DNA of 64,000 nt from a virus, in IMG/VR virus record IMGVR_UViG_3300048548_000653, positions 1 to 64,000 of that record. The stretch is one strand, 5' to 3'. The notes beneath the pieces were generated by a model that saw only the letters and a list, made by a program, of their open reading frames with translations, was not told where the DNA came from and did no database searches. The position numbers and the translations under genes were made by a program. Within the stretch, counting starts at the first letter, position 1. Each line of letters begins with the position of its first letter. This document shows positions 38,807-47,212 of the stretch, one piece after another.

Positions 38807-38918
38807 TCAACCTTTACATATTGTGCGTCTAATTCATCTCTGTACTCAATTGCATCCAAAACACAATTAAATACACGTCTAACAGTACTATCTGAAAAAT
38901 ATCCTATAATTTCAATCA

Positions 38919-39128
38919 TTACCAAACTCCTAATGTTTTAGCATTGCCTGCTATAATAAAGCAACAAGTTAATATGTGTAAGACAATCCAAAATGTTCTA
39001 AATGCTAATGCACGCCTTACATCTGTTTGTGTTATGGGTAAGAACTCTGGCTTGTCATCGTCATCAAGGCCTATTGGCATTCCTACTGTCCTTGCCCACA
39101 TTTTTAAAAAGCGTCTTTGTCCGCTCAA
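38919..39128 (-). CDS. small membrane protein
   Basis: WARTVG...RTFW...FIIAGN. Confidence 0.6.
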   Translation of the reverse strand: MSGQRRFLKMWARTVGMPIGLDDDDKPEFLPITQTDVRRALAFRTFWIVLHILTCCFIIAGNAKTLGVW

Positions 39129-39538
39129 GTTCTATTACCTCTTAGGGCAAAGTACATACCACCTACCCATAACAATACGTGTAAGTTATCATACAGTAAA
39201 ACGTCCCAAAAACTTGCTGGTTCTCCTATCCAAATAACTCCTGTCATAATACTTGCAATGGTAATACCGCTGAAGCGTGTAATTAAATCACCAATTTCTT
39301 TGGTCTTTTTCACATAACCTAGCAATCCGCCGATTAATATACCTATTGCTCCACCTATTTCACCAAGTACAACAAAAGTCCAAACCAACAATGTTAGTCC
39401 AAAGGATTCTGCTGTATCAACATCAATAGGCCATTTGTCTAATCCTTGCTGTAAGAAAACAACAATGATTGGTATACGTATGAGCCAATGTGTCATACAA
39501 AATTCTGGTATTTTACTTGTAATAGTTTTTAAGGACAT
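39125..39538 (-). CDS. DoxX-family membrane protein
   Basis: LIRIP..VVFLQQGLDK, GEIGG, ITRFSG; four TM segments. Confidence 0.75.
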   Translation of the reverse strand: MSLKTITSKIPEFCMTHWLIRIPIIVVFLQQGLDKWPIDVDTAESFGLTLLVWTFVVLGEIGGAIGILIGGLLGYVKKTKEIGDLITRFSGITIASIMTGVIWIGEPASFWDVLLYDNLHVLLWVGGMYFALRGNRT

Positions 39539-39759
39539 TTGAAATTTTTACACCCATTTAAGTTAGTAGGAGCATATACACTCCCATCATATTGCGAACC
39601 TGTTTTAGCTTCGCCTGTTTCTACACCAAAGTTACAACTGGTTACTGCTAGGAAAAAAGCAAGTGCTCCATACACTGTCCATTTGGTCCATTTCATAAAC
39701 TCGCCAAAAGTTTGCTCCGATGTAGCTTGAGCAACTGGTCGCGGATCTAGCTCCCCCAT
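39529..39759 (-). CDS. possible aa3 cytochrome c oxidase subunit IV-like peptide
   Basis: GAGGAG RBS; MGELD...EQTFGEFMK plus TM segment resembles the alphaproteobacterial subunit IV GEMD..Q.TF.GF motif. Confidence 0.45.
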   Translation of the reverse strand: MGELDPRPVAQATSEQTFGEFMKWTKWTVYGALAFFLAVTSCNFGVETGEAKTGSQYDGSVYAPTNLNGCKNFKCP

Positions 39760-39932
39760 CCAGCAAACTCCTCTTTGTTTTTCATACGTTCGTGACGTGT
39801 TGGCAGATAATGTTCGGTTATACCCAAACAGTCCCAACCTGTTTCTGCAAGCCACTCAGCTAGGTGAGTTTTACTTGTAAACTTCATAGAGAATGTTTCT
39901 CCAGATTGTCTATTTAAAATGGTATAATTCAT
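39747..39932 (-). CDS. hypothetical protein
   Basis: Coupled ORF starting MNYTIL. Confidence 0.5.
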   Translation of the reverse strand: MNYTILNRQSGETFSMKFTSKTHLAEWLAETGWDCLGITEHYLPTRHERMKNKEEFAGWGS

Positions 39933-40102
39933 TTGTTCAGTCCAAAGCAAGGTAAAATATTTAAATTACAATAACGGCCGTAATCTTCTAATCCAACCAT
40001 CATCATAAGCATTAATACGGGTAAAACAGCAATAACAAAGAATATAACTAAGAAAGCCCAGCCTAATCCTTTGGTTGTGCAATATTGTGTTTGTTCACTC
40101 AT
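39929..40102 (-). CDS. small membrane protein, 57 aa (not in ORF track)
   Basis: MSEQTQYCTTKGLGWAFLVI...; overlaps both neighbours by 4 nt. Confidence 0.6.
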   Translation of the reverse strand: MSEQTQYCTTKGLGWAFLVIFFVIAVLPVLMLMMMVGLEDYGRYCNLNILPCFGLNK

Positions 40103-40461
40103 TCGTGTTCGCCTCCCGCTGCACGGCCGTTGTACTTACGACCAGACTTCATAATGTTGTTTAGTGACGCTGGATTGTTTTCTGCTTGACGGAATGTCAC
40201 AACTGTGATTGTGATACCGCTGATGAGCAATATGTGGAAGGCTGCACTAATACCAAAAGCCAAATAACTTCCTACCATTACAGCAAAGATACCACTCCAA
40301 ATAAAGAATAGACATTGAAAGATCATATGACCTACCATAGGGTCTAAGTTGCGTAGTGGTGACTTTTCTACTGTCATAACGCTGTCCCACATCTCGCGTG
40401 GCATAGTAATTAGTGATGAAATAGTTGTTGCCCAACCAATGGGTTTACTTGGTTTATTCAT
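40099..40461 (-). CDS. 2-TM membrane protein
   Basis: SPLRNLDP..HMIFQ.L..IWS; ends GGEHE. Confidence 0.7.
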   Translation of the reverse strand: MNKPSKPIGWATTISSLITMPREMWDSVMTVEKSPLRNLDPMVGHMIFQCLFFIWSGIFAVMVGSYLAFGISAAFHILLISGITITVVTFRQAENNPASLNNIMKSGRKYNGRAAGGEHE

Positions 40462-40543
40462 TTAAGTCTCCTGTGTGTATGTACTATATATAGCAGGGTT
40501 TGACCATAAAGTCAACCCTGCTAGGGTGTGTAAAAGTGTAGCA

Positions 40544-41455
40544 CTATATAGTATTTTTTTCCTGTATAAAATTATTGTAATTACTAATTCTAAATGTAAT
40601 TCTATGTAACACACGTTCAGCAAGTATTTCTGGATCGTTTTGATCACGCTTATGTAAAGTTAATAATTGATCCATTAACACAATATCTCCTGGTTCGTAC
40701 CAATGCTGATAAATGTATTTGTCTTGGAACATATGATCATATAAACGTTGAAACAGTGTTTCGTCTTGTGTAATTATTTTACATTTATTGTTAGTGTAAA
40801 AGTAAATGCCTTTGACACCTGCGATGTTTTGTTGGAGCAACCACATTTTATAAGGACCATCTTCGCCGTCCTTTTTCATCATTTTGTACTGTGTTTCGTT
40901 TAGTCCTTTTGCCCAAACCTCTGGTGTATAGCTATATTCACAATGCACACCTTCTAATTCTTTTTTAAAGTCATCATCTAAATCATTGTATGCTAGATTT
41001 GTATTCAAATAACTTGTGCTAGTATTTTCACAACCTTCGTAACCTTGTAGTGCTACACCATCAGCACGATCCAATCCGTTTAAGTTGGCGTGCCAATCTA
41101 AAATACCACTGCTGAATATACCAGTTGTAATACCTTTTTTATTTTTTTTACCTGTCGTTCTTTGTATAGGATATAGTTCTTTGTCTTTATCCCATTTGTC
41201 AGTGTTAGGAGGAGTCTTACCAATATAAAACTCCCCTTCTTTTGTATAAATCATTTGTCTGTAGTTAGCAACTGTGCCTATACGTTCCACAAAATTAACA
41301 AACCAATATGGTAATCTTTCTTGATGCTTTAATACAACTATTAAGTCTTTGCGTAAGATATTTTTTATTTTATCAGCATCACTATCACTTAAATTTGTAA
41401 TGTCAACATTATTAATTTGTGTAGCTACACCGTTTAAACTTTCTACTTGCATCAT
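40544..41455 (-). CDS. TauD/TfdA-family dioxygenase
   Basis: WHAN, AYNDL, H.Y.PGDIVLMDQ..TLHKR, RVLHRI. Confidence 0.8.
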   Translation of the reverse strand: MMQVESLNGVATQINNVDITNLSDSDADKIKNILRKDLIVVLKHQERLPYWFVNFVERIGTVANYRQMIYTKEGEFYIGKTPPNTDKWDKDKELYPIQRTTGKKNKKGITTGIFSSGILDWHANLNGLDRADGVALQGYEGCENTSTSYLNTNLAYNDLDDDFKKELEGVHCEYSYTPEVWAKGLNETQYKMMKKDGEDGPYKMWLLQQNIAGVKGIYFYTNNKCKIITQDETLFQRLYDHMFQDKYIYQHWYEPGDIVLMDQLLTLHKRDQNDPEILAERVLHRITFRISNYNNFIQEKNTI

Positions 41456-41877
41456 TTTCTGTCTGATTTCTTTGGCATTGTAAATAATGCTCTAACGTGA
41501 TGAGGATGCTCTTTACAAGGTTGTCTAGCAAATACTACCCAACGAAATCCTTGAGCAGCAGACCAGTCTGGATATTCTTGCGCTATAAACTCTTTCATAC
41601 TTGTGCCTGTGGTAAACACATCATCACAGATCATAATCTGATCATTAGGATCGCCACTTGCATATTCTTGCATTGCTTCTGCAAATGGTAATCCACCTCT
41701 TGGTATACCTACTGCTTTGTAAAAAGGTCTATCTTGGTATTCCATAACCATTCTTGCTATGGCTCGCCATTCATCTGGATGTATTGCATCACATTCTAGT
41801 TTCCAACTCAATGGCAAACCTGCGTGTGATATAAAGTCTCCTGCTTCAAATAGTCTTGCATTTGTTCTATGTGGCAA
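41452..41877 (-). CDS. type I phosphoribosyltransferase (orotate PRT-like)
   Basis: GDFISHAG, GIPRGG, ICDDVFTTGTS. Confidence 0.8.
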   Translation of the reverse strand: MPHRTNARLFEAGDFISHAGLPLSWKLECDAIHPDEWRAIARMVMEYQDRPFYKAVGIPRGGLPFAEAMQEYASGDPNDQIMICDDVFTTGTSMKEFIAQEYPDWSAAQGFRWVVFARQPCKEHPHHVRALFTMPKKSDRK

Positions 41878-42682
41878 TGCTGGCTCCTGTAATCATTTTA
41901 ATATTCGTACTTATTTTAGCATTAAATGCTTCGTCTGTCAAATCATAATATAAGCCTTCGGATAATGCTCTTGAAAAACTTGCTGTAATACCTTTGTTTA
42001 TTGATAACCTTTGACACGCTTCTGCTGTACTATATCCACCACTTAGAAATACAACCTTTTCAACATTATCAAACACTGTAAGATTATGATACAAGTTGGG
42101 TACTTCGGGTGGTGTTAGTTTGAGGATGCACTTGCCTGGAAACTCGTCCAAAAATTCATATAATTGATACATAAGAGTATCTTCAACTTGTTCTTTGATT
42201 GGATGATTGATAGGTACTTCTGGTTCAATAATAGGTACAAGTCCGTAATCAAAAATAGTACGAGCTAGTGTAAACTGTTGCTTGAGTACAGGATGTACCA
42301 TTCCCTCACCGTGTACAATACTGCGCATCTTTGTACCATAAATCTTAGGACCAATACCGTTTGTAGCAAACTCCAACATCTGCTTTACTGGAAACTGTTT
42401 GAGTGTTCCGTCAGCATCACATCCACTGTCAATCTTTAGGAACGTGTCAATACCTTTTTCATCCAAAACGTTAACCATACCACGTGTGACTGTGTCCTGG
42501 TAGAGGATTGCTGCCCAGATGTTTGAATCGTTGAAGTCAGGTGAGTTAACCATACGCATACGCATTTCGTGTACACGTTCCATTTTGTTGTCTTCTGTGT
42601 ACTCACGTCCGTAGCGTTCTAGTACGCCACCTGTCGAACCACCACTGTGATCCATTGCTGCAATAAATCTGCGATCACTCAT
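41867..42682 (-). CDS. class I fructose-bisphosphate aldolase
   Basis: FIAAMDHSGGST, FLKIDSG, GTKMRS, VPIIEPEV, LKLT, LSGGYS, ASFSRAL. Confidence 0.92.
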   Translation of the reverse strand: MSDRRFIAAMDHSGGSTGGVLERYGREYTEDNKMERVHEMRMRMVNSPDFNDSNIWAAILYQDTVTRGMVNVLDEKGIDTFLKIDSGCDADGTLKQFPVKQMLEFATNGIGPKIYGTKMRSIVHGEGMVHPVLKQQFTLARTIFDYGLVPIIEPEVPINHPIKEQVEDTLMYQLYEFLDEFPGKCILKLTPPEVPNLYHNLTVFDNVEKVVFLSGGYSTAEACQRLSINKGITASFSRALSEGLYYDLTDEAFNAKISTNIKMITGASIAT

Positions 42683-43013
42683 ATGACTCTCCTGTTTCAC
42701 GGAAGAAGTTTTCACTCCAAAATGCCTTGTCGTCAATCCATACATCGTAGTTCTCTTTTTTGCCTACGCTGAGTTCGTGAAATTTAGCACCCCATTCAAC
42801 TAATTGATTGTTTGTTAAGTTAAAATAATCTACACCACTTACGCAGCCTCGTGCTGTCATATATTTAATTGTATGACCTGCATCGTACAATGCATTTACT
42901 CGTGCAATGCGTTCTGGCATTGGGATATGATTTGCATAATCCTTCTTGCCGCCGCTGTCTGGAATGATTACTTCCTTGCATATAGTTCCGTCGATGTCAA
43001 TTACATATTTCAT
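42675..43013 (-). CDS. HAD-like phosphatase (capsule-biosynthesis type)
   Basis: DIDGTIC, TARG, IDDKA. Confidence 0.8.
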   Translation of the reverse strand: MKYVIDIDGTICKEVIIPDSGGKKDYANHIPMPERIARVNALYDAGHTIKYMTARGCVSGVDYFNLTNNQLVEWGAKFHELSVGKKENYDVWIDDKAFWSENFFRETGESYE

Positions 43014-43083
43014 TAAATGTCCTTTTTATAAAAGAATAGCCGACCCTAGATTATAGAGACGGCTATTTGTTTTCTTATTTAAT

Positions 43084-43698
43084 TTATTTACTATCTTCTG
43101 AAAGTCGTCCATTAATATACTTTAGTAGTAATCCGTATGCTGGTAAGAAAATAACCAACCCTACGCCAATCTTCAGTACTGTTTGTGATCCTGCAATCTC
43201 CATCCAGTTTGCTGCCATATACTCATCTGCTGAGTTGTTGAATGCCACCCAAAAGAAAGTGTAACTATCAATAATATTGGCTGCTACTGTTGATACAGCT
43301 GGTGCTAACCACCAAGCCTTATACTTTTCACGCAAATACTGGAAGACATAAACGTCTAACATTGTTCCAATAGCATAGGCTGTTGCACTTGCAAAACCAA
43401 TACGCAGTGCCACTGATTGTGGTGCGCCTTCAAGCATTACAACTGCAATGCTTCCGATGATTGCCAACGGATATGCCGCTGCAATTGTTGCTCGAGCAAT
43501 ATTCTTACCTAACATTCTAACTGTTAAGTCAGTTGCTAAAACAACTAATGGGAACGTAAATGCTGCCCAAGTTAATTTGATACCAGCTATTTCTACTGGA
43601 ATAGCAACTAGTGCATTACTTACTGTGATAACAACTACGTGTAATAACACTAGTTTGAGCAACATACTTCTATCAATGTTTTTAAAAATTCCTATCAT
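43084..43698 (-). CDS. yhhQ: VUT-family queuosine-precursor transporter
   Basis: SNALV, TWAAFTFP..LATDLTVR, RIGFASA.AY, LDVYVF, IDSYTFF. Confidence 0.88.
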   Translation of the reverse strand: MIGIFKNIDRSMLLKLVLLHVVVITVSNALVAIPVEIAGIKLTWAAFTFPLVVLATDLTVRMLGKNIARATIAAAYPLAIIGSIAVVMLEGAPQSVALRIGFASATAYAIGTMLDVYVFQYLREKYKAWWLAPAVSTVAANIIDSYTFFWVAFNNSADEYMAANWMEIAGSQTVLKIGVGLVIFLPAYGLLLKYINGRLSEDSK

Positions 43699-43715
43699 AC
43701 AATTCTCCCTTGTTT

Positions 43716-44003
43716 TGGAATGAGGCCCGTTCTGTTGCTAGGTGGAACCCATACCCCGCATACCTAATTAGGCTGCAATTGCCATTGCTGGCGCACGATT
43801 GTCATTTGCAATTGTGAATGTTGACCAATAACGCAGTCATCCGGTAAACTCCACTTCACTTTCACACCTGTCGATCCTAGTTCAGCCCCATCATAATTAC
43901 TCTATGCCGTAAATTTGTAGTTTTTACGCTACAAAGTAATTATGGTGGAGCTGCCGGGTACTGCCCCCGGGTCCAGTATGCGTTCACGTTGCTTCAACGT
44001 CTA
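43716..44003 (-). ncRNA. ssrA: permuted two-piece tmRNA, alphaproteobacterial type
   Basis: Acceptor piece ...GACCCGGGGGCAGTACCCGGCAGCTCCACCA (ends 43943), then spacer, then GGGGCTGAACTAGGATCGAC (starts 43889); tag ANDNRAPAMAIAA* at 43809-43768; outer ends approximate. Confidence 0.92.
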
Positions 44004-44010
44004 CAGTCTA

Positions 44011-44039
44011 TTTATAACATAGATTTAAGCTTGTGTCAA
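44011..44039 (-). promoter_or_regulatory. ssrA promoter (sigma70 -10 overlapping TATAAATA)
   Basis: TTGACA-N17-TATAAATA. Confidence 0.7.
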
Positions 44040-44047
44040 CAGACAAG

Positions 44048-44260
44048 TTACCATTTAGTAGATTTAATTTTTTGAAGTTGACGCTGAGATTTTACTGCAT
44101 TAAGACAGTTTAATATTTTGCGCTGTTTTTGAAACGGTCTAGAATATCCATTCTTGTTTTGCCAAGTCTTATCTTGTTCCATTTCTTTTGACAGGGCTTC
44201 GCCTAACATTTTTTCCATAAACATAAGTTCATCGTCAGTTAGTAATTGTATCTTGTTCAT
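44048..44260 (-). CDS. hypothetical protein
   Basis: Likely start MNKIQ. Confidence 0.5.
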   Translation of the reverse strand: MNKIQLLTDDELMFMEKMLGEALSKEMEQDKTWQNKNGYSRPFQKQRKILNCLNAVKSQRQLQKIKSTKW

Positions 44261-44447
44261 ACCGTTTTCTCCACTCTTGTTCAAAGTTCTCATCATATTC
44301 ATAAAGAGGTGCACCATCTGCGCCGTCACGCCATAGACGATTAAAATAACTATTGTAACTACTTATGACTGTGTTGGGTGATGCGTCGAGGTGGCCTTTA
44401 ACCATATAGAATATTCTGTATTCTTCTTTAAGGTCGTTTCTCAACAT
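44235..44447 (-). CDS. hypothetical phage protein
   Basis: TAAATA upstream; YRIFYMVKGHL. Confidence 0.6.
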   Translation of the reverse strand: MLRNDLKEEYRIFYMVKGHLDASPNTVISSYNSYFNRLWRDGADGAPLYEYDENFEQEWRKRYEQDTITN

Positions 44448-44492
44448 ACTGTATTTACAAAATTGTTATACATTGGGCGCTAACATAGGTTA

Positions 44493-45245
44493 TTAATTAG
44501 ACTTTATAAGTTCGATAACAGTGGCACTAGGGTCAACGGTTCCAAACCTGTATCTATACGGAGTTTTATGATGACTACCGTGATATAGTAAGTCAAACCA
44601 GCATAGTAAATATTTTGCCTTATCCCAATCTTGTACCTCACCGTACCAATGTCCCCAAGTATTAACTATTGAAGATTGAGTTAATACCAGTATACAATGA
44701 AAACAATACAATGAAAATAAAATTGGTGAAATGAAGAACAAACCAAGTAACACACAAACATTTATTAAGATATAGTAATCAGTAGTAAATTTCATTAATT
44801 TAGAACGTTTGTACAATAAACCGTAACTTAATTCTTGTAATTTTTTATCTTTTGGTGTAGGCCAAATAAACCAACCTACAAAAAATGCGCCTATTCTTCC
44901 GTAAATTTTTGGAGAATGAGGATCTCCATCTTTGTCACTAAATTTATGATGAGTGGTATGTGAAGAAACCCAAACAGGTATAGGACCAGCACCGGATAAT
45001 GTTGATAAGAAGACTAATGTATAATGCCAAAATTTATTAGTTTTAAAAGATTGATGAGTAAAATATCGATGATATCCAACACTTGTTGAAAATAGGGCTA
45101 ATAAATATGCAATTAATATTAATAAAATACAGACTATAAGTGGAAGTATGTAAAAAGAATATATTATTCCTATTATTGCAGGTATATGTATTACCCACAA
45201 ATGTATATAATTTTTTTGTATAGTTTGAACATTAGAGTTTTTCAT
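44493..45245 (-). CDS. membrane fatty-acid desaturase (delta-9-like)
   Basis: GYHRYFTH, HTTHHK.SD...DPHSP, NTWGH, HGSHH. Confidence 0.9.
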   Translation of the reverse strand: MKNSNVQTIQKNYIHLWVIHIPAIIGIIYSFYILPLIVCILLILIAYLLALFSTSVGYHRYFTHQSFKTNKFWHYTLVFLSTLSGAGPIPVWVSSHTTHHKFSDKDGDPHSPKIYGRIGAFFVGWFIWPTPKDKKLQELSYGLLYKRSKLMKFTTDYYILINVCVLLGLFFISPILFSLYCFHCILVLTQSSIVNTWGHWYGEVQDWDKAKYLLCWFDLLYHGSHHKTPYRYRFGTVDPSATVIELIKSN

Positions 45246-45252
45246 TTAATAT

Positions 45253-45516
45253 TTATGTAAACTGTCTTTCCAGAAGATTATAATCTTCTAATGTAGTAAT
45301 CATATCGCCAGCTAGATAAAAATTCATTTCTTTCAATAGTTCTTCGTCACTGCTATAAACACCAGCACATATATAATTATTTTTATCTATGTATTTTATG
45401 ATCTCGTCTTTGTTTTTCCAATTAGGAAACCGTATCAAACATCTTGCTGTATCTTCACAAACCATAATAGTTGTAGGAACTAATTGGTATTTGTCTTCAA
45501 ATTCATATTTTATCAT
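45253..45516 (-). CDS. hypothetical protein
   Basis: Coupled ORF. Confidence 0.5.
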   Translation of the reverse strand: MIKYEFEDKYQLVPTTIMVCEDTARCLIRFPNWKNKDEIIKYIDKNNYICAGVYSSDEELLKEMNFYLAGDMITTLEDYNLLERQFT

Positions 45517-45695
45517 TATATGTCGTTCTTCATTTGCTGTATTTCTTGTCTACGATCTGTAATTAGTTTTTTTAGATCATTAAGTGCCTGCCTTGCACGA
45601 ACCGCACTAACCTTTACACCATTCTCTTCAAAGTTTTCTATTTCTTTGAGATATGTTGCAAATGCTAATTTAAGTTGTTCGTGTGTGTCACTCAT
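45516..45695 (-). CDS. small histone-H1-like (Hc1-type) helical protein, 59 aa (not in ORF track)
   Basis: MSDTHEQL...FEENGVKVSAVRARQALNDLKKLITDRRQEIQ. Confidence 0.65.
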   Translation of the reverse strand: MSDTHEQLKLAFATYLKEIENFEENGVKVSAVRARQALNDLKKLITDRRQEIQQMKNDI

Positions 45696-46260
45696 CCAGT
45701 ATTATCTCGCACACTTTTTTCCAGTCATCTACTCTTTCTACTTCAGGATGATGAAACCAAGTGTTCCAAGGATGGCTAATTAGAATAGGCTTCAAACCAA
45801 ACTTCAATCCTGTTACAGCATTTTCAGGTTTATCTTCTAACCAATACAAGCCTGTTCCGTCATACTGTTCAAGTATGTGATCTTTAGGACCATTAGCCGT
45901 AACATAATGCATTTTGTCAAAAGTCTTTTTACCAAACAAGTATCTTAGATGTCGATTCCTAGTTTCTTGAACATACTCATTTGTTCCAACTGCTGTGCAA
46001 ATATCAATCTCAAAGCCATTGTCTACAAGTTTTTGCACACCTTCTTTTGCATCACGTAGATAAGCTAAATGTGATATCCAAACGCTTTCGTTGAAGTCTT
46101 TTATAAGTCCTTCAGCTTGATCTCTATTGATATCATATCGCAGATTGACTGCATAGTTGTCTGGACTTTGTATAGCAAAGCCTTCTTCTTCCATCCACTC
46201 GTTGAATTTTGTATTCCAATCCAGTAATACTCCGTCAACATCTGTAATTATTTTTTTCAT
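45688..46260 (-). CDS. HAD-family 5'-nucleotidase-like protein
   Basis: TDVDGVLLDW, WLEDKPENA, HPWN. Confidence 0.85.
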   Translation of the reverse strand: MKKIITDVDGVLLDWNTKFNEWMEEEGFAIQSPDNYAVNLRYDINRDQAEGLIKDFNESVWISHLAYLRDAKEGVQKLVDNGFEIDICTAVGTNEYVQETRNRHLRYLFGKKTFDKMHYVTANGPKDHILEQYDGTGLYWLEDKPENAVTGLKFGLKPILISHPWNTWFHHPEVERVDDWKKVCEIILDE

Positions 46261-46279
46261 AGATCTCTCTTTCTATATT

Positions 46280-46308
46280 ATTATAGTAAATTATTACAGA
46301 ATTGTCAA
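46280..46308 (-). promoter_or_regulatory. consensus sigma70 promoter
   Basis: TTGACA-N17-TATAAT. Confidence 0.8.
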
Positions 46309-46311
46309 GTG

Positions 46312-46659
46312 TTAACTGTTTGCGTGTACTGTTGATTGAGTCACTGAAGTAATTTTTGCACCACAGCCGTATGTATCGTCTTTACGTCCTATGTTAAGAT
46401 TGTTAGCAAATACATTTGCGCTGTGTGTAGCTAGGCCTGTTTGATGTGTGCTACATCCAGGAATGGTGTGTGCTACTTCGTTATCGCCTTTTCTAACAAC
46501 CCCTACATTTTCTACAAAAACATCGCTACTACCGTCTGCTGTTACTATGTTTTGTGGAGCAGCATCGCAAGCAATGCCGTCATCAGGATCAGCATCACCA
46601 ACACTCACGTGAATTGTGTTTACTATATCTACTCCATCTTTTCTTGCAACTAAAGGCAT
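46312..46659 (-). CDS. PAAR-like spike tip (T4 gp5.4-like)
   Basis: VARK, GSSDVFV, VVRKGD..H, VFAN..IGRKDD..CG. Confidence 0.8.
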   Translation of the reverse strand: MPLVARKDGVDIVNTIHVSVGDADPDDGIACDAAPQNIVTADGSSDVFVENVGVVRKGDNEVAHTIPGCSTHQTGLATHSANVFANNLNIGRKDDTYGCGAKITSVTQSTVHANS

Positions 46660-46667
46660 AAATTTTC

Positions 46668-46961
46668 CTAAGCTAATGCAATTCCTGTGGTGCTTTGTAC
46701 ATATTGCTTTGCCATATTATCTTCTGTTTTATGGCAAAAAACCACTGCACTTTTATTTATTTTGATATTGCTTTTAGGATCTACTGTAAAAGTATATGGA
46801 CCTAATCCAATACCCTCAGGAGTAGACATTAATGCCATAGGCTTTGTAATTGTAATTGTCGTATTATCCTCTTCAACAAATCGGCAGACAATTTCATCAC
46901 CTCCTGCGGCTGTTTTAATGGTTACAGTATCATTCATTTTATATGGTGCTTCTAATAACAT
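46668..46961 (-). CDS. Sm-like phage protein
   Basis: DTVTIK..GDEIV.R, ends Y.QSTTGI. Confidence 0.6.
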   Translation of the reverse strand: MLLEAPYKMNDTVTIKTAAGGDEIVCRFVEEDNTTITITKPMALMSTPEGIGLGPYTFTVDPKSNIKINKSAVVFCHKTEDNMAKQYVQSTTGIALA

Positions 46962-47212
46962 TATAGTGTATATCCTGTTCCTGTATAGTTTGTATTTTCG
47001 ACATATGAAAGTAATTGTTCATATCCGCCTACTTTATGTCCGTTAATTACTATTTGTGGAAATGTGCGAGCTTCTGGAAATTCTTCTAAAACTCTTTCTC
47101 TTTCAAAGTCTTTTCCCATTTCTAAATATTCAAACTCAAAGTTACTTTTTTCACAAAACATCTTTGCCTTTGTACAACTCGGACACGCCGGTTTTCCCCA
47201 AATTTGTATCAT
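46961..47212 (-). CDS. glutaredoxin
   Basis: CPSC, ARTFPQI, VGGY. Confidence 0.92.
   Translation of the reverse strand: MIQIWGKPACPSCTKAKMFCEKSNFEFEYLEMGKDFERERVLEEFPEARTFPQIVINGHKVGGYEQLLSYVENTNYTGTGYTL

Noticed and set aside
36975-43698. Bacterial chromosomal contamination or prophage boundary
   Set aside because: The host-like genes are interleaved with phage genes and share the same promoters, AT-richness and tight packing
43699-43765. preQ1 riboswitch upstream of yhhQ
   Set aside because: The sequence is accounted for by the tmRNA 3' region; no preQ1-I stem plus A-rich tail is recognisable
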